A DNA stretch of 64,000 nucleotides from Candidatus Poribacteria bacterium (GCA_965218095.1 OZ244587.1:2688001-2752000); one strand, 5' to 3'. Shown: positions 1-10,378, counted from the stretch's first letter. Program-made: numbers and translations. The notes: generated by a model from the sequence alone, not told the origin.

Positions 1-107
1 TACGGTTCCCTCGACCAACGTAAGGGTTCGATTCGCTTCAACCCCTTCAAGGCATTCCTGTAGACCACTTGGCCATCGGAGCTCAACCCGATCGACTTGG
101 TGATGAT
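1..107 (-). pseudogene. C-terminal remnant of an ASPIC/UnbV (CRTAC1-like) protein; runs off the window edge
   Basis: Manual minus-strand translation gives VDRVELRWPSGLQECLEGVEANRTLTLVEGT, matching the typical ASPIC/UnbV tail (v.i.WPSG..q....v.an..l.i.EG). Confidence 0.55.
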
Positions 108-488
108 AACGCGCTCTGGTTCGACAGAGATGAAACTGGGCATTGAGTTGATTGATGGTAGTTTCAATTCGTCTCCGAATCCGATTGAGATTCCGCCGGA
201 GTTGTGGCGTATGTTGTGACTTCTGATTCCCACGCTTGATAGCGAATAAGCGAATCCCATCCAACTCAAGGAGCATCTCACTCAATGGGTCTGAAATGTA
301 ACCTTTGTCTCCAATTATCAGGGGATAATCGCCTGTTTCACACATCGTCGAAAGTACCTCCCGCTCATCAACATTGGCATTGGGTACGGAAAAAGCGAAA
401 TGAAACTCACACTCAGCAAGTCTTCGAGATTCAGCGACGTGATTCCTTCTTGTGCGAAAGCGGCACTCAGCTTTTGACATAACTCCAT
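108..488 (-). mobile_element. IS982-family transposase fragment (internally deleted/truncated)
   Basis: Manual translation of ~108-400: ANVDEREVL...LIIGDKGYISDPL...GIRLFAIKRGNQK...RRRIETTINQLNAQFHLCRTRAR. These are DDE_Tnp_1/IS982-type motifs. A possible out-of-frame N-terminus starts at ATG 488. Not in the ORF track. Confidence 0.7.
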
Positions 489-562
489 TGAAATGCTTCC
501 TCTCTTTCATTCGAGATAAGTAACTTCTCTCAAAGGATAGCACTTCCTTTGCCTTTTAACTA

Positions 563-1382
563 GGTTCTGTTGACATTTGAGTATAAGGTTGTGGCATAAT
601 AGAAGAATGACGCCAATAACCTTACCTGATGAACAATGGAATAAGATATACCGGTTTCTTCTAAGCTGTCCCACCATCTATGTTGGCGACGAAGCTGCTA
701 CACGCCGCTTCGTCGAAGCCGTCCTGTGGGTGACTCGTAGCGGGGCTCAATGGAGACTTCTACCAGACACCTATGGCAAATGGAACACCCGCTACAAGCG
801 GTTTGCTCGATGGTGCGACAAAGGTATCTTCACACAGATGCACCCCCACTTCGCCTCTGACCCCGATATCGAGTCGCTTATTGTGGACAGTACCATCTGC
901 CGCGCTCACCCGTCTGCGGCGGGCGCCTTAAAAAAAACGGTGGCACTGAAAACCAAGCATTAGGTCGCTCTCGGGGCGGTTTCAGTACAAAAATTCACAT
1001 CACAGTTGACGGACTAGGCAATCCCCTAAGAATTCATCTGACCCCCGGTCAGAGACATGACATAACTGAGGCGGAAGGGTTGATAATCGGATATAACAGT
1101 GAATATGTGATTGGAGACAAGGGGTACGATTCGGACGCTTTTATTGCGGTTATTGAGGCAAATGGAGCGATTGCGGTGATACCGCCAAAAAGTCATCGTG
1201 TTGACCAAAGAACGTATGACAAACACTTATACAAAGAGAGACATCAGGTTGAATGTTTCATCAACAAGATAAAATGGTATCGTCGTATCTTCTCTTGGTT
1301 TGAGAAGCTAGCTGTCCGTTATTTTGGATTTCTCAGCTTTGTCTCCACTCTTATATGGCTCCCTTGAAATGTCAACAGAACC
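563..1382 (+). mobile_element. IS5-family (IS427-type, two-ORF) insertion sequence, 820 bp
   Basis: Perfect 16-bp terminal inverted repeats GGTTCTGTTGACATTT (563-578) and AAATGTCAACAGAACC (1367-1382). TA on both sides, in a CTAG context. Encloses the transposase ORFs. Confidence 0.93.
607..1367 (+). CDS. IS5-family transposase expressed by -1 frameshift (orfA 607-963, orfB to 1367)
   Basis: orfA has RSGAQWRLLP..YGKWNT.YKRF.RW and IVDSTICRAH. A8 run at 930-937. The -1 frame continues GRSRGGFSTKIH...DGLGNPL...GDKGYDSD...YKERHQVECFINKIK. Confidence 0.9.
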
Positions 1383-1387
1383 TAGTC

Positions 1388-2632
1388 ATGTTAGCAATTG
1401 TTATGGTATTAGCCCTCGGGGGGATATTACAAAGTCAAGGCGAGGAATCAGAGGAACCATGGGTGGGAAATAACCATATAGGACTCCAACAACTCTCGCC
1501 AACGAATTATCCTAAAAAAGATGGGACCTTCAATGTTAAGGTGGAGATTCGTAGTCACGCCCCGGATGGCCACGTCAGGTTTAAGTTCTCTAACTCTAAC
1601 GTGTCATCTTGGAAAGGCCATGCCATGAACGCTGGAAACGAACTCAATAGCGACCCGGATCTCACGTTAACAGTTGACCAACAGACACCCCAAGCCGGTA
1701 TCACTTGGAGTGCCCCTCCTGCGGAGCCCGGCGTACAATTGATAGGAGCCGGGTGGGACGGTGACGCTCCCGATCCGTTTACAGTGAAGGTCAAAGTTCA
1801 TGACTACGGTGCCTATGGGACCCTAACGGCTCAATTATATTACGATGGTGGGGAGCCGGAAGAGCCCGTCAGCCTTGATCTTCCACGCGATGATAATGGC
1901 AATAAGATTGCCGATGGGTGGCAGAATGATGGGTCGGAAAACTACGATGCGTCTGCTGACGATGAAGAAGGCCCAGGAAGTAATAATCATGATGGTGATG
2001 GATTTTCTGTCTTTGAGGAATATCGTGGCTTTATAGTGAGGGGGCTACATACCAGGGACTACACCCCCCAAACAGGCACATATGACCCAACAGCCAAAAA
2101 GGACCTATTTGTCTACAGCAACCTTGCTGAAGGGTATGGATATGCCAGCAATCTCCCAGCAGACACCTTTAAAGTCTGGCTGGTTAATTGGAACAATATG
2201 GATGGCGCGGTACGCAGAATGGATTCAAAGGGAACCGACATCCCTGGAAATTCAATCGGGCAGAAGGCATTAAAAGTGTTAAAGGATGATATAACCTCAC
2301 AGGATAAGGATTATGGTAAGATTAATGCTGCTCAACCTGCCCCTCCTGGACAAAGCCCTGGAACACCCTTTCAAGTGGGTGATATCATCATCTACTACAA
2401 GAAAATCCGTAAGGACACCCCGGCGCACAATGATGAAGTAACGCCGGATCCGGCTGATGCAGATGCGCGAAAGAAAGTGATTGGACACGAGATCGGGCAC
2501 GGTATCAACGTCGATCATCATGTTGGTAGTGGCCCTTGTATAATGGAAGGATGGGTTAACATCATGGACCAAGGAACTCAATATGCAGATCATGGAGATG
2601 GCGATCACGCAAGTGAATTCAAACTTCGTTAA
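1388..2632 (+). CDS. Secreted zinc metalloprotease-like protein with Asp-rich Ca-binding motifs
   Basis: Hydrophobic N-terminus; DDNGNKIADGW and DGDGFSVFEEY motifs; HEIGHGINVDHH (HExxHxxxxxH) followed by CIM (Met-turn-like). The ORF-track start at 1355 lies inside the IS; ATG 1388 is the first start outside it. Confidence 0.6.
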   Translation: MLAIVMVLALGGILQSQGEESEEPWVGNNHIGLQQLSPTNYPKKDGTFNVKVEIRSHAPDGHVRFKFSNSNVSSWKGHAMNAGNELNSDPDLTLTVDQQTPQAGITWSAPPAEPGVQLIGAGWDGDAPDPFTVKVKVHDYGAYGTLTAQLYYDGGEPEEPVSLDLPRDDNGNKIADGWQNDGSENYDASADDEEGPGSNNHDGDGFSVFEEYRGFIVRGLHTRDYTPQTGTYDPTAKKDLFVYSNLAEGYGYASNLPADTFKVWLVNWNNMDGAVRRMDSKGTDIPGNSIGQKALKVLKDDITSQDKDYGKINAAQPAPPGQSPGTPFQVGDIIIYYKKIRKDTPAHNDEVTPDPADADARKKVIGHEIGHGINVDHHVGSGPCIMEGWVNIMDQGTQYADHGDGDHASEFKLR

Positions 2633-2771
2633 AAATTCCTAAACCCTTATCTCATGTTTTGACGAAGCGGTGTGATTTTCCCATCATGGACAAAATTGCG
2701 CCTCTTTGTCAAACCAAAGTTCTGGTCTTGTCCAGTGTAAGTACAGCTAGGTCGTTAAAGGAGGAAGCTTT

Positions 2772-4091
2772 ATGACACGCCGACATACATTGTTTTTGGT
2801 ATTTCTCTTAGTGGGATTGATAGGTCTCATCGTTTCATTGTCTCTGTACAGAAAACAACACTCTCCAAACAATAGCAGCAATGCCTCCTTAGAATCATCA
2901 TCTGAAGAGACATCCTCTGGGACGTTTACGGATTCGTCTATTCGCTCTTCAAGTCAATCCCCATCTCGATTATCAAACCGGAATAAAGTCACCATAAAAT
3001 CTCCTTCCCGTCCAGCACCACCCTCTATTCCAGATTCAAAATTAGAAAGGATAGCCGAGCTATATGGTAGTCTGACGCTAGCTGACTATGACAGCAAAGG
3101 CCCACATCCCAAAGAAATTGAGATTCTGACAGAAGGAATGGACACACTGAGCGCAGGCAGGTATCTAAAAACGTTGAATATGTTTGATTTCGCGCTTGAA
3201 TATGCAGAAAAGGCTTTAGCTGAAAATCCAAGTTCTTTTGAAGCACTGCTGTTAAGAACCCAACTGCTTCCATCAGATCGAGCGGATGAAAGGGAAGCCG
3301 GGCTCCGTCAATTACTTGAGATGCATCCGAATTCTGTTGAAGCGTTAGCTGGATTGGGGGGGATGCTATCAACCTCTCACCCTCATGAGGCCATCCAACA
3401 CCTCCAACAGGCAATTGAGATTGCCCCGTCAAATAGCGGCGCATATGCCTCATTGGGATCTAGTTATGAAAAGCTGGGCGAATATGATGAGGCATTAGCC
3501 GCCTATCAGAAAGCATTTCAGATCTATCCTGGTCAGGCAACTGGTGCTCATATTCGCGCCATCGAAGAAGGAAATCCGATCATCAAGCCGATAGAGCAGA
3601 AGCCCCAGAGACAATTGCCTGAAGAAAGTCTACCCGAAGAGCCTTCTCCTCAAGCACCTCAAGAAGTGGTGGCACCCCTGATTCCCGACAGTCCCGAGGG
3701 GTTGAAGCGTGAAACCGATTTTGATGATGAGCGGGTGATCGAGCCAGCCAAAAGCGAAGGCAACGGGGCGCGGGAGGCACAGCCGATGGAGGCGGAGTTT
3801 GAAAAATTGCTCGCGGATTATGAGCGAATGATTGAAGACGAGTTGGACCCGTCTGCTACCGTTAAGGGACGGATTGCGGACTTAGAGCGTTCTATCGAAT
3901 CTAACCCCAATCAGAAGGAGCATTATTTAGAACTGGCTGAAGCTTACCAGGAAGCGGGCGAACATGAGAAAGCTGCAGAAGTCTACCGCCGGGCGAGGGA
4001 ACGCTTCCGTGACGATGAAGAAGTTCAGCAGGAATCGGAGTCGTATCGAGAATCGCCAGAACGTGAAGATGAAGACGACGAGGAGCGGTAA
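2772..4091 (+). CDS. Membrane-anchored tetratricopeptide repeat protein
   Basis: RBS AAGGAGG; N-terminal TM helix; Ser-rich linker; TPR motifs (AYASLGSSYEKLGEYDEALAAYQKA); acidic tail. Confidence 0.8.
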   Translation: MTRRHTLFLVFLLVGLIGLIVSLSLYRKQHSPNNSSNASLESSSEETSSGTFTDSSIRSSSQSPSRLSNRNKVTIKSPSRPAPPSIPDSKLERIAELYGSLTLADYDSKGPHPKEIEILTEGMDTLSAGRYLKTLNMFDFALEYAEKALAENPSSFEALLLRTQLLPSDRADEREAGLRQLLEMHPNSVEALAGLGGMLSTSHPHEAIQHLQQAIEIAPSNSGAYASLGSSYEKLGEYDEALAAYQKAFQIYPGQATGAHIRAIEEGNPIIKPIEQKPQRQLPEESLPEEPSPQAPQEVVAPLIPDSPEGLKRETDFDDERVIEPAKSEGNGAREAQPMEAEFEKLLADYERMIEDELDPSATVKGRIADLERSIESNPNQKEHYLELAEAYQEAGEHEKAAEVYRRARERFRDDEEVQQESESYRESPEREDEDDEER

Positions 4092-4556
4092 ATCGGATCA
4101 CGGCTGACGCAGCCGTTGGCGGCAAACTGAAGCGATCTTGATTCTATAGAAAAAGTCCTGCTGATTCCAGTCGATAGGGCTTTTTCTGTTCTTTTTCCCC
4201 GCCTGTGGCGGCAGACCATAACCACCCCAGGCCGTTGTGACATGCTCACGGATTTGGAACTGTTCGGGTAAGATCAGAGGTAGAACTGTACCAGGTAGCT
4301 GATTAATGCCGAATGCAGACATATCATACAGAATTGTAATCCGATAAACTCAATTGATTGGATACCCCACTATTGGGGCACATACCAGAAAGAAATAATC
4401 ATGAAGATTTTCCACCAATACACCCACATTGCAAGCCAAACAAGTAATGATATGCTATACTACCTCTATCTCTTTTTGTTGTATTTGCGCTGTGATGGTG
4501 GGCTGGTGGACCTCACGAGAAAGACGTAGAGATTTCCCCACATCAGATTGTTCATT

Positions 4557-4603
4557 GACGCCCATCATCGAAAACGCATTCGGTGGTGGGCGTTTTTATT
4601 TTT
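4557..4603 (+). terminator. Intrinsic terminator hairpin in the DAHP synthase leader (attenuator-like)
   Basis: GACGCCCATCATCGAA / TTCGGTGGTGGGCGTT stem followed by a T-rich run, directly before RBS AGGAGG (4604-4609). Confidence 0.75.
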
Positions 4604-4617
4604 AGGAGGCAGCAAAA

Positions 4618-5253
4618 ATGATGCAGACCAACGGTACGATTGACAGAAATGTCAAGGACTATCAAACCTTAATGAGTCCAAGACAATTGGTGACAGATCT
4701 GCCAAGAACAAATACGATGACGCAGACAGTCGAATATAGCAGAACCAGCATCAAAAATATCTTGGATCGAACCGATTCACGAAAATTCGTCATTGTTGGG
4801 CCTTGTTCCATCCATGATGCGGAAGCGGCCCATGACTATGCGGCAAGATTAAAGGAGATTTCAGATACTGTTTCAGACCACTTGGTCATTATAATGAGGT
4901 CTTATTTTGAAAAACCTCGCACCAGTTTAGGCTGGAAAGGCTTAATCTACGACCCATATCTAAATGGAGAAGGCGATATCAAGGAGGGTTTACATATCTC
5001 AAGAAGGATATTAATGGATAATCTTGAAATGGGGTTGCCGTGCGCCACGGAATATCTTGAAACCTTCACACCTCAATATAATTCTGATTTAATCTCGTGG
5101 GCGGCGATCGGGGCGCGGACAACTGAGTCACCACAGCACAGGCAACTCGCTTCGGGCCTCTCAATGCCGGCCGGCTTCAAAAACAGCACGCAGGGCGACA
5201 TCTCCATCGCGGTCAATGGGATTTTATCTGCACAATCTGATTTTTTAACTTAG
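4618..5253 (+). pseudogene. aroF: Class I (AroF/G/H-type) DAHP synthase, 3'-truncated at 211 aa
   Basis: Motifs VGPCSIHD, MRSYFEKPRTSLGWKGLI, IGARTTES..HRQLASGLS, GFKNST. It ends roughly 140 aa short of typical length. Confidence 0.85.
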
Positions 5254-5359
5254 ATGTCGCACGATAGTATAGAATAGAGAATTGCTACTATTTCACGTTT
5301 AGACTTGATCCACAACAGGGGATCTGCTATAATCATGCAGATGATTGATGGATAAAGTA

Positions 5360-5518
5360 GGTTCTGTTGACATTTCGCTGTCGCGAATTCGGCAAACGCT
5401 GTAATCATCATGCAACCCGCCAAAAACCAAGACAGTTGTCCGAAATCGCCTCAAGGTGCATCAGGTCGAAGACTCTCGGAACGGAGATTGGTTCAATCCG
5501 TCAAATGTCAACAGAACC
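5360..5518. mobile_element. 159-bp MITE with the same terminal inverted repeats as the IS5 element
   Basis: GGTTCTGTTGACATTT at 5360-5375 and AAATGTCAACAGAACC at 5503-5518, flanked by TA on both sides. No coding capacity. Confidence 0.9.
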
Positions 5519-5544
5519 TAGCATAAGTCGTTAATTAGTGAAAC

Positions 5545-6735
5545 TCAGAAACTTTGACCGATTGAAAACGAGTACACAAATTCACCTTGTTCGATTCGGA
5601 TCTGCTCCCCCTCATTTTCCGTCGGTTTCATCTGCGGCGTATAGGCGGCGTTCATATTAATCTTTCCGACCTTCAGACCAAGCCCTAACGTCATGCCTTC
5701 AGTCTTCCAGAGTCGATTCTCAAACTCCACCTGTTCCGTTTCAACGATGAAGATTGAATCAAACCGTTTCTCGGTATGACGCAGATAACCGATTCGCCCA
5801 CCGATGAAGCCGCGGTACCAGATCTCTCCACCGAAGTTGGTTCGGATACCATCTTCAAAAGGCGGGTTCAGATCAAAGCCAATCTGGATATCCATGTCTT
5901 TATGATGAAATCGGTATGCCCCGCCAAAGAGGACATCTCGGTGGATGCGATCGGGAATCGAATTATCAGTGAAGGATAATCCGTTGCTGAGGTTTCTAAT
6001 AACCGCGCCGATGCGGAACTGACCCCCAAATTGTTGAATCAACCCCAAATTATAAGCGTACCCATGCCCAACATGTTCATTAACCTGAGCATCTTGCACC
6101 TTGGATCGCATCCACCTGGCATCAACGCCGACGGACAGTCCTCTAAACAACTTTGTCGCGTAGCCGATTCCAGCCGCAAAGTCGTTTTCAGGGAAACTGC
6201 CGGTGGCTTTTCCGATGTGATTGACCCGACTGAATCGCCCCTCATGTCCAAGGGCGAAGTCGAAGCCGATGGCCCCCGACTTTCCCAACGGCGTGCTATA
6301 GTTTATAAACTCAAGTCCTGATGCGCGGAGGTCGTACTGCCCGTGATCTTCATACCATTCGGCTTCGTTCAGTTTTGCAACCATTGCAGCGGTACGCGGA
6401 AATCGGGCAACATGCGTGACGAAACGGTTACTATCGATGAAAGTGAGTCCAGCGGGATTGCTGTTGAGGGCGTTTGCCCCAGAAATCGACCCGGCAAAGC
6501 TGCCCCCCATCCCTTGATGCTCCGCCGAAGTAAGTTTCCTGAGAAAAACGTCCGCAGATGAGCGAAAATCTTCATTGGTGACCTGTGCTGACGCAAAATT
6601 TGACCAACTGACGAAAAGTGATAATGTGACCAGTGCAACCGCGGAGTTGCGTATTGTGTAAAATGTACCATGTGAAACGTGGAACGCAGCCCCGGCTTCC
6701 TTTCCTTCCATCCTTCCCTTCTTCCATGTCCTCAT
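5545..6735 (-). CDS. PorV/PorQ (UPF0164/FadL-like) outer-membrane beta-barrel protein
   Basis: Signal peptide ending FASA-Q; GMGGSF...ALNSNPAGL motif; alternating beta-strands; terminal Phe. Start moved to ATG 6735, which overlaps the acpS stop. Confidence 0.7.
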   Translation of the reverse strand: MRTWKKGRMEGKEAGAAFHVSHGTFYTIRNSAVALVTLSLFVSWSNFASAQVTNEDFRSSADVFLRKLTSAEHQGMGGSFAGSISGANALNSNPAGLTFIDSNRFVTHVARFPRTAAMVAKLNEAEWYEDHGQYDLRASGLEFINYSTPLGKSGAIGFDFALGHEGRFSRVNHIGKATGSFPENDFAAGIGYATKLFRGLSVGVDARWMRSKVQDAQVNEHVGHGYAYNLGLIQQFGGQFRIGAVIRNLSNGLSFTDNSIPDRIHRDVLFGGAYRFHHKDMDIQIGFDLNPPFEDGIRTNFGGEIWYRGFIGGRIGYLRHTEKRFDSIFIVETEQVEFENRLWKTEGMTLGLGLKVGKINMNAAYTPQMKPTENEGEQIRIEQGEFVYSFSIGQSF

Positions 6736-7142
6736 TTTCTCGTTTCCTCTCCCTCCATTTTCCCATTTCCCGCAAGAATGGCATTCGCAACCGCATAGTC
6801 CTCGGTATGAGCGAGCGTTACAAAGGTTTGACGCACACCGAGTAAATCTGCACGCTGACGCGCCACCCCGCGCAGGACCAACTCGGGTTTGCCGAGTGGA
6901 TCGGTCGTGACCTCCACATCGTGCCAAACCATCCCAGGTACGAAGCCTGTTCCAAGGGCTTTGAAGGCTGCTTCTTTAGCGGCAAACCTCGAGGCAAGCC
7001 GTTGGTAGCGCATATTGTTTGAGCCACAATACGTAATCTCGTTGGGAGTGTAGACCCGATTCTCAAACCGGGCACCCCACCGGATGCACGCGGATTTAAT
7101 GCGCCTGACCTCAACAATGTCAATACCAATGCCTATTATCAA
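6732..7142 (-). CDS. acpS: Holo-[acyl-carrier-protein] synthase
   Basis: GIGIDIVEV.RI, RFAAKEAAFKALGTG, GKP, LAHT motifs. Confidence 0.95.
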   Translation of the reverse strand: MIIGIGIDIVEVRRIKSACIRWGARFENRVYTPNEITYCGSNNMRYQRLASRFAAKEAAFKALGTGFVPGMVWHDVEVTTDPLGKPELVLRGVARQRADLLGVRQTFVTLAHTEDYAVANAILAGNGKMEGEETRK

Positions 7143-7210
7143 TTTTCGTATGCCGTGCGTTTGATTCGTTGTGTGTAGCCGATCGAATCTTCAGCTTTTC
7201 AGGAGGGATT

Positions 7211-8049
7211 TTAATCTGGGCGACGATGGATTGCATCTGTCATCTGGGCGACCTGATGCATAGCCTTCACATCGTGGACGCGAACAACATCTGCACCGTG
7301 GGCAATTGCCCAGGCGACCGTCGCAGCAGTGCCTTCCAGCCGATCATCCGGATTGGGCAGATTGAGAATCTTCCCAATGAACGACTTTCTGGAAGTACCA
7401 ATGAGGATGGGTTTATCCAAGCATTGAAACTGATCAAGACAACGTAGAATCTCCAGATTGTGTTCCGCGGTTTTACCGAATCCGATACCGGGGTCAATCA
7501 TTATCCGATTGGGGCAAATTCCTGCTGCTTGTGCTTTGTCAATCCGCTGTTGAAGAAAGGTGAGAATCTCAGGAATTAAACCTCCGCGATAACGGGGCGA
7601 GCGATGCATGGTGCGGGGTGTGCCTTTCATGTGCATGAGGACGAGCCCGGCATTCATCTCTCCAACGACACGCGCCATTTCTGCATCTCCCAGCGCCGTA
7701 ATATCGTTGACAATATGGGCGCCCGCTTGGAGCGCCTGACGGGCGACAGCCGATTTATAGGTATCAATCGAGATGAGAGCCGTGATTTGGTTTGTAAGCC
7801 CTTCGATCACCGGTAAAACACGGTTTAACTCCTCATCTGTGGAGACCGATAAAGCCCCCGGGCGTGAAGATTCGCCGCCAATATCAATAATATCCGCTCC
7901 ATCCTCGACCATCTTTTGGGCGTGGGCAATTGCATAATCGACATCAAGATAACATCCACCATCGAAAAGGAATCCGGGGTGACGTTCAGGATGCCCATAA
8001 TCAACGTGCGGCGCCCAAAAGTGATACACTTGCCTCGGCAGTTCATCAC
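7211..8049 (-). pseudogene. folP: Dihydropteroate synthase with a 1-nt frameshift near 7963-7968
   Basis: The N-terminus IMGILNVTPDSFS is in ORF 7825-8049; the continuation DGG...DIGGESSRPG...DPGIGFGK...SRKSFIG is in ORF 7211-8029. May be a sequencing error. Confidence 0.85.
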
Positions 8050-9926
8050 GAAATTGCAGAAATCTGGGGGCGTGGACCGAGGAGCTCCTCGATCTCGTCT
8101 AAGATGAGTGTTTCTCGTTCTAGTAGTGCATTGGCAACTTTCTTCAGCCCATCAAGATTCGTTTCAATGAGGTACCTTGCTTTGTCATAGCATTCCATAA
8201 TAATGTTATGGACCGCCCGATCAATCTCAATCGCCGTCTTTTCACTGTAATCCTGGTGATGCGCAATCTCTTTACCCAGAAAGATCTGTTCTTCACGCCT
8301 GCCGAAGGACAAAGGACCAAGTTCACTCATGCCCCACTGAATGACCATTTTTCGTGCAACGTCTGTCGCCTGTTCAAAATCATTCTGAGCCCCCGTTGTT
8401 AGTTCATCAAAGATGAGTTCTTCAGCAACGCGTCCACCGAGCGCCGCAGTAATATTTGCAAGGAGGTATTTTTTGCTCAAGTTACGACGTTCTTTGACCG
8501 GCAACGCCACCGAGACACCGAGTGCTCGTCCGCGAGGGATGATAGTCGATTTATAGTGGGGGTCATTTTCAGGAATCACATGTCGCAGCAGCGTATGTCC
8601 CGCTTCGTGGTAGGCAGTAACCCGCTTATCCTCTTCACTAATAATCAGGCTCCGGCGTTCAGGCCCCATCATTATCCGGTCTTTCGCTTCATCAAAATAG
8701 CTCATATCAACGGACTCTTTGTCCTCCTTGGCTGCAAGTAACGCGGCTTCGTTGACTATATTTTCGATGTCCGCCCCCGAAAAGTAGGGCGTTGCTTTTG
8801 CGAGAATCTCCAAGTCCGCATCTGAGCCAACTTTAATGTTTTTTGTGTGTACCTTGAAAATTTCTTCACGGCCCTTCACATCGGGGAGATCCACGACAAT
8901 TTGGCGATCAAAACGTCCCGGACGGAGGAGGGCGGGATCTAACACATCAGGGCGGTTCGTTGCAGCGATGAGAATAACCCCTTCAGAAGTATCAAAGCCA
9001 TCCATTTCCACAAGAAGTTGATTTAAGGTCTGCTCACGCTCGTCATGTCCACCGCCGATGCCCGCGCCACGATGTCGTCCGACAGCATCAAGCTCGTCAA
9101 TAAAGATGATACACGGGGCGTTCTTCTTTCCGGTCTCAAAGAGATCGCGCACACGGGAAGCTCCAACACCAACAAACATCTCAACAAAATCAGATCCGCT
9201 GATGCTATAGAATGGAACATTCGCTTCTCCAGCAACGGCACGCGCCAGTAAGGTTTTTCCCGTCCCTGGCGGTCCCATTAACAGGACGCCTTTGGGGATA
9301 CGCCCACCCAGTTTCTGAAATTTCTTTGGATCTTTCAGGAACTGGATAACCTCTTCAAGGCCTTCTTTCGCTTCATCACACCCGGCAACATTAGTGAAGG
9401 TTATCTTCGTTTCGCTTTCAGAATGAAGTCGGGCGCGGCTCTTCCCAAATGATAACGCCCGATTACCGGTGCCTTGCATTTGCCTCGAAATAAAGATCAT
9501 GATCCCAATGAAGAGAAGAATTGGCAATGCCGTTGTGCCGAAGAACACGATCCATTGCGGGACAGGTGATGAACGTTCATTATCATAGGGGATTCCACGT
9601 TCCAGCAATTTTTCTTCAAGTGGGTATTCGGAGTAGATATCACGACTTGTGCGAAACTCCTGAAACTTTACGACTCCCGTCCCTCCGGGTGAATCGTCCA
9701 CAATGACTTGTTCCTCTCGAAATTCTCCTTTGATCCACTCTTTACCGATGGCGATCTTCCCTTCAAACAAATCCTTGCTATTCTCCTGTTGAATATATCC
9801 ATGAAAATCAGAGGCTGCAAGTTGATAAACCTTTCCTTTACCCGAATTTAAAAGGTGGTACATGGCATAAACAACCAATGACGCCATGATAACCCAAACA
9901 ACAATGCTCTTGGCATTCTTATTCAC
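8046..9926 (-). CDS. ftsH: ATP-dependent zinc metalloprotease FtsH
   Basis: Two TM helices, [32 protein letters not shown] start at 9926 follows a GAGGGG RBS. Confidence 0.97.
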   Translation of the reverse strand: MNKNAKSIVVWVIMASLVVYAMYHLLNSGKGKVYQLAASDFHGYIQQENSKDLFEGKIAIGKEWIKGEFREEQVIVDDSPGGTGVVKFQEFRTSRDIYSEYPLEEKLLERGIPYDNERSSPVPQWIVFFGTTALPILLFIGIMIFISRQMQGTGNRALSFGKSRARLHSESETKITFTNVAGCDEAKEGLEEVIQFLKDPKKFQKLGGRIPKGVLLMGPPGTGKTLLARAVAGEANVPFYSISGSDFVEMFVGVGASRVRDLFETGKKNAPCIIFIDELDAVGRHRGAGIGGGHDEREQTLNQLLVEMDGFDTSEGVILIAATNRPDVLDPALLRPGRFDRQIVVDLPDVKGREEIFKVHTKNIKVGSDADLEILAKATPYFSGADIENIVNEAALLAAKEDKESVDMSYFDEAKDRIMMGPERRSLIISEEDKRVTAYHEAGHTLLRHVIPENDPHYKSTIIPRGRALGVSVALPVKERRNLSKKYLLANITAALGGRVAEELIFDELTTGAQNDFEQATDVARKMVIQWGMSELGPLSFGRREEQIFLGKEIAHHQDYSEKTAIEIDRAVHNIIMECYDKARYLIETNLDGLKKVANALLERETLILDEIEELLGPRPQISAIS

Positions 9927-10056
9927 AGCAATTGACCCCTCTGTATCTACTAAAATTCGGAGTTGACACGTCGGCGAGTTGAAGTTTCTCGACAACTAAA
10001 AGATTATCCTTCTGGAATGAGCGAATAGTCACCCTATCACTAACCTGAGCTCAAAA

Positions 10057-10085
10057 AGTATAACAAATTCACTTTCAAATATCAA
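10057..10085 (-). promoter_or_regulatory. Sigma70-type promoter for ftsH (proximal)
   Basis: TTGATA-17nt-TATACT with extended -10 TG, on the minus strand. Confidence 0.55.
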
Positions 10086-10217
10086 ATGAAAGTTGAAAGA
10101 ACGCCTTAGATCACAACGCCAAAGTGTTTCATGGGGCAGTTAGTATTTTACCGACAGGCAGATTTGTGAATGATGTGTAACTCCCGGCAAGCAATCTGCT
10201 CAACTGTTGACGTGCAA

Positions 10218-10247
10218 AGTATACCAAACAGGAGCGAAGGATGTCAA
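10218..10247 (-). promoter_or_regulatory. Sigma70-type promoter (distal, pointing toward ftsH)
   Basis: TTGACA-18nt-TATACT with extended -10 TG, on the minus strand. Confidence 0.6.
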
Positions 10248-10340
10248 GCCGCCTGTAATCAATTCGCAGAGCCCTCGCGCAGCAGCGGCGCTCAAAGCTC
10301 AAACGGGTCAATCAAGGCATCGTGACACGCTTTCACATCC

Positions 10341-10371
10341 ACCTGTCAAAGGTTCTGAACCTTTGACAGGT
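10341..10371. repeat. REP-like perfect palindrome
   Basis: ACCTGTCAAAGGTT-CTG-AACCTTTGACAGGT just past a stop codon; related to 61019-61047. Confidence 0.7.
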
Positions 10372-10378
10372 TTGAATA

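Noticed and set aside
4098-4322. 74-aa minus-strand ORF ending near a GCCGCCAACGGCTGCGTCAGCCG attC-start-like motif
   Set aside because: There is no matching second half of an attC and no recognisable protein motif; too weak to call.
6736-6927. Cys-rich N-terminal extension of the PorV-like ORF
   Set aside because: It is an alternative frame of acpS; the real start is probably 6735.
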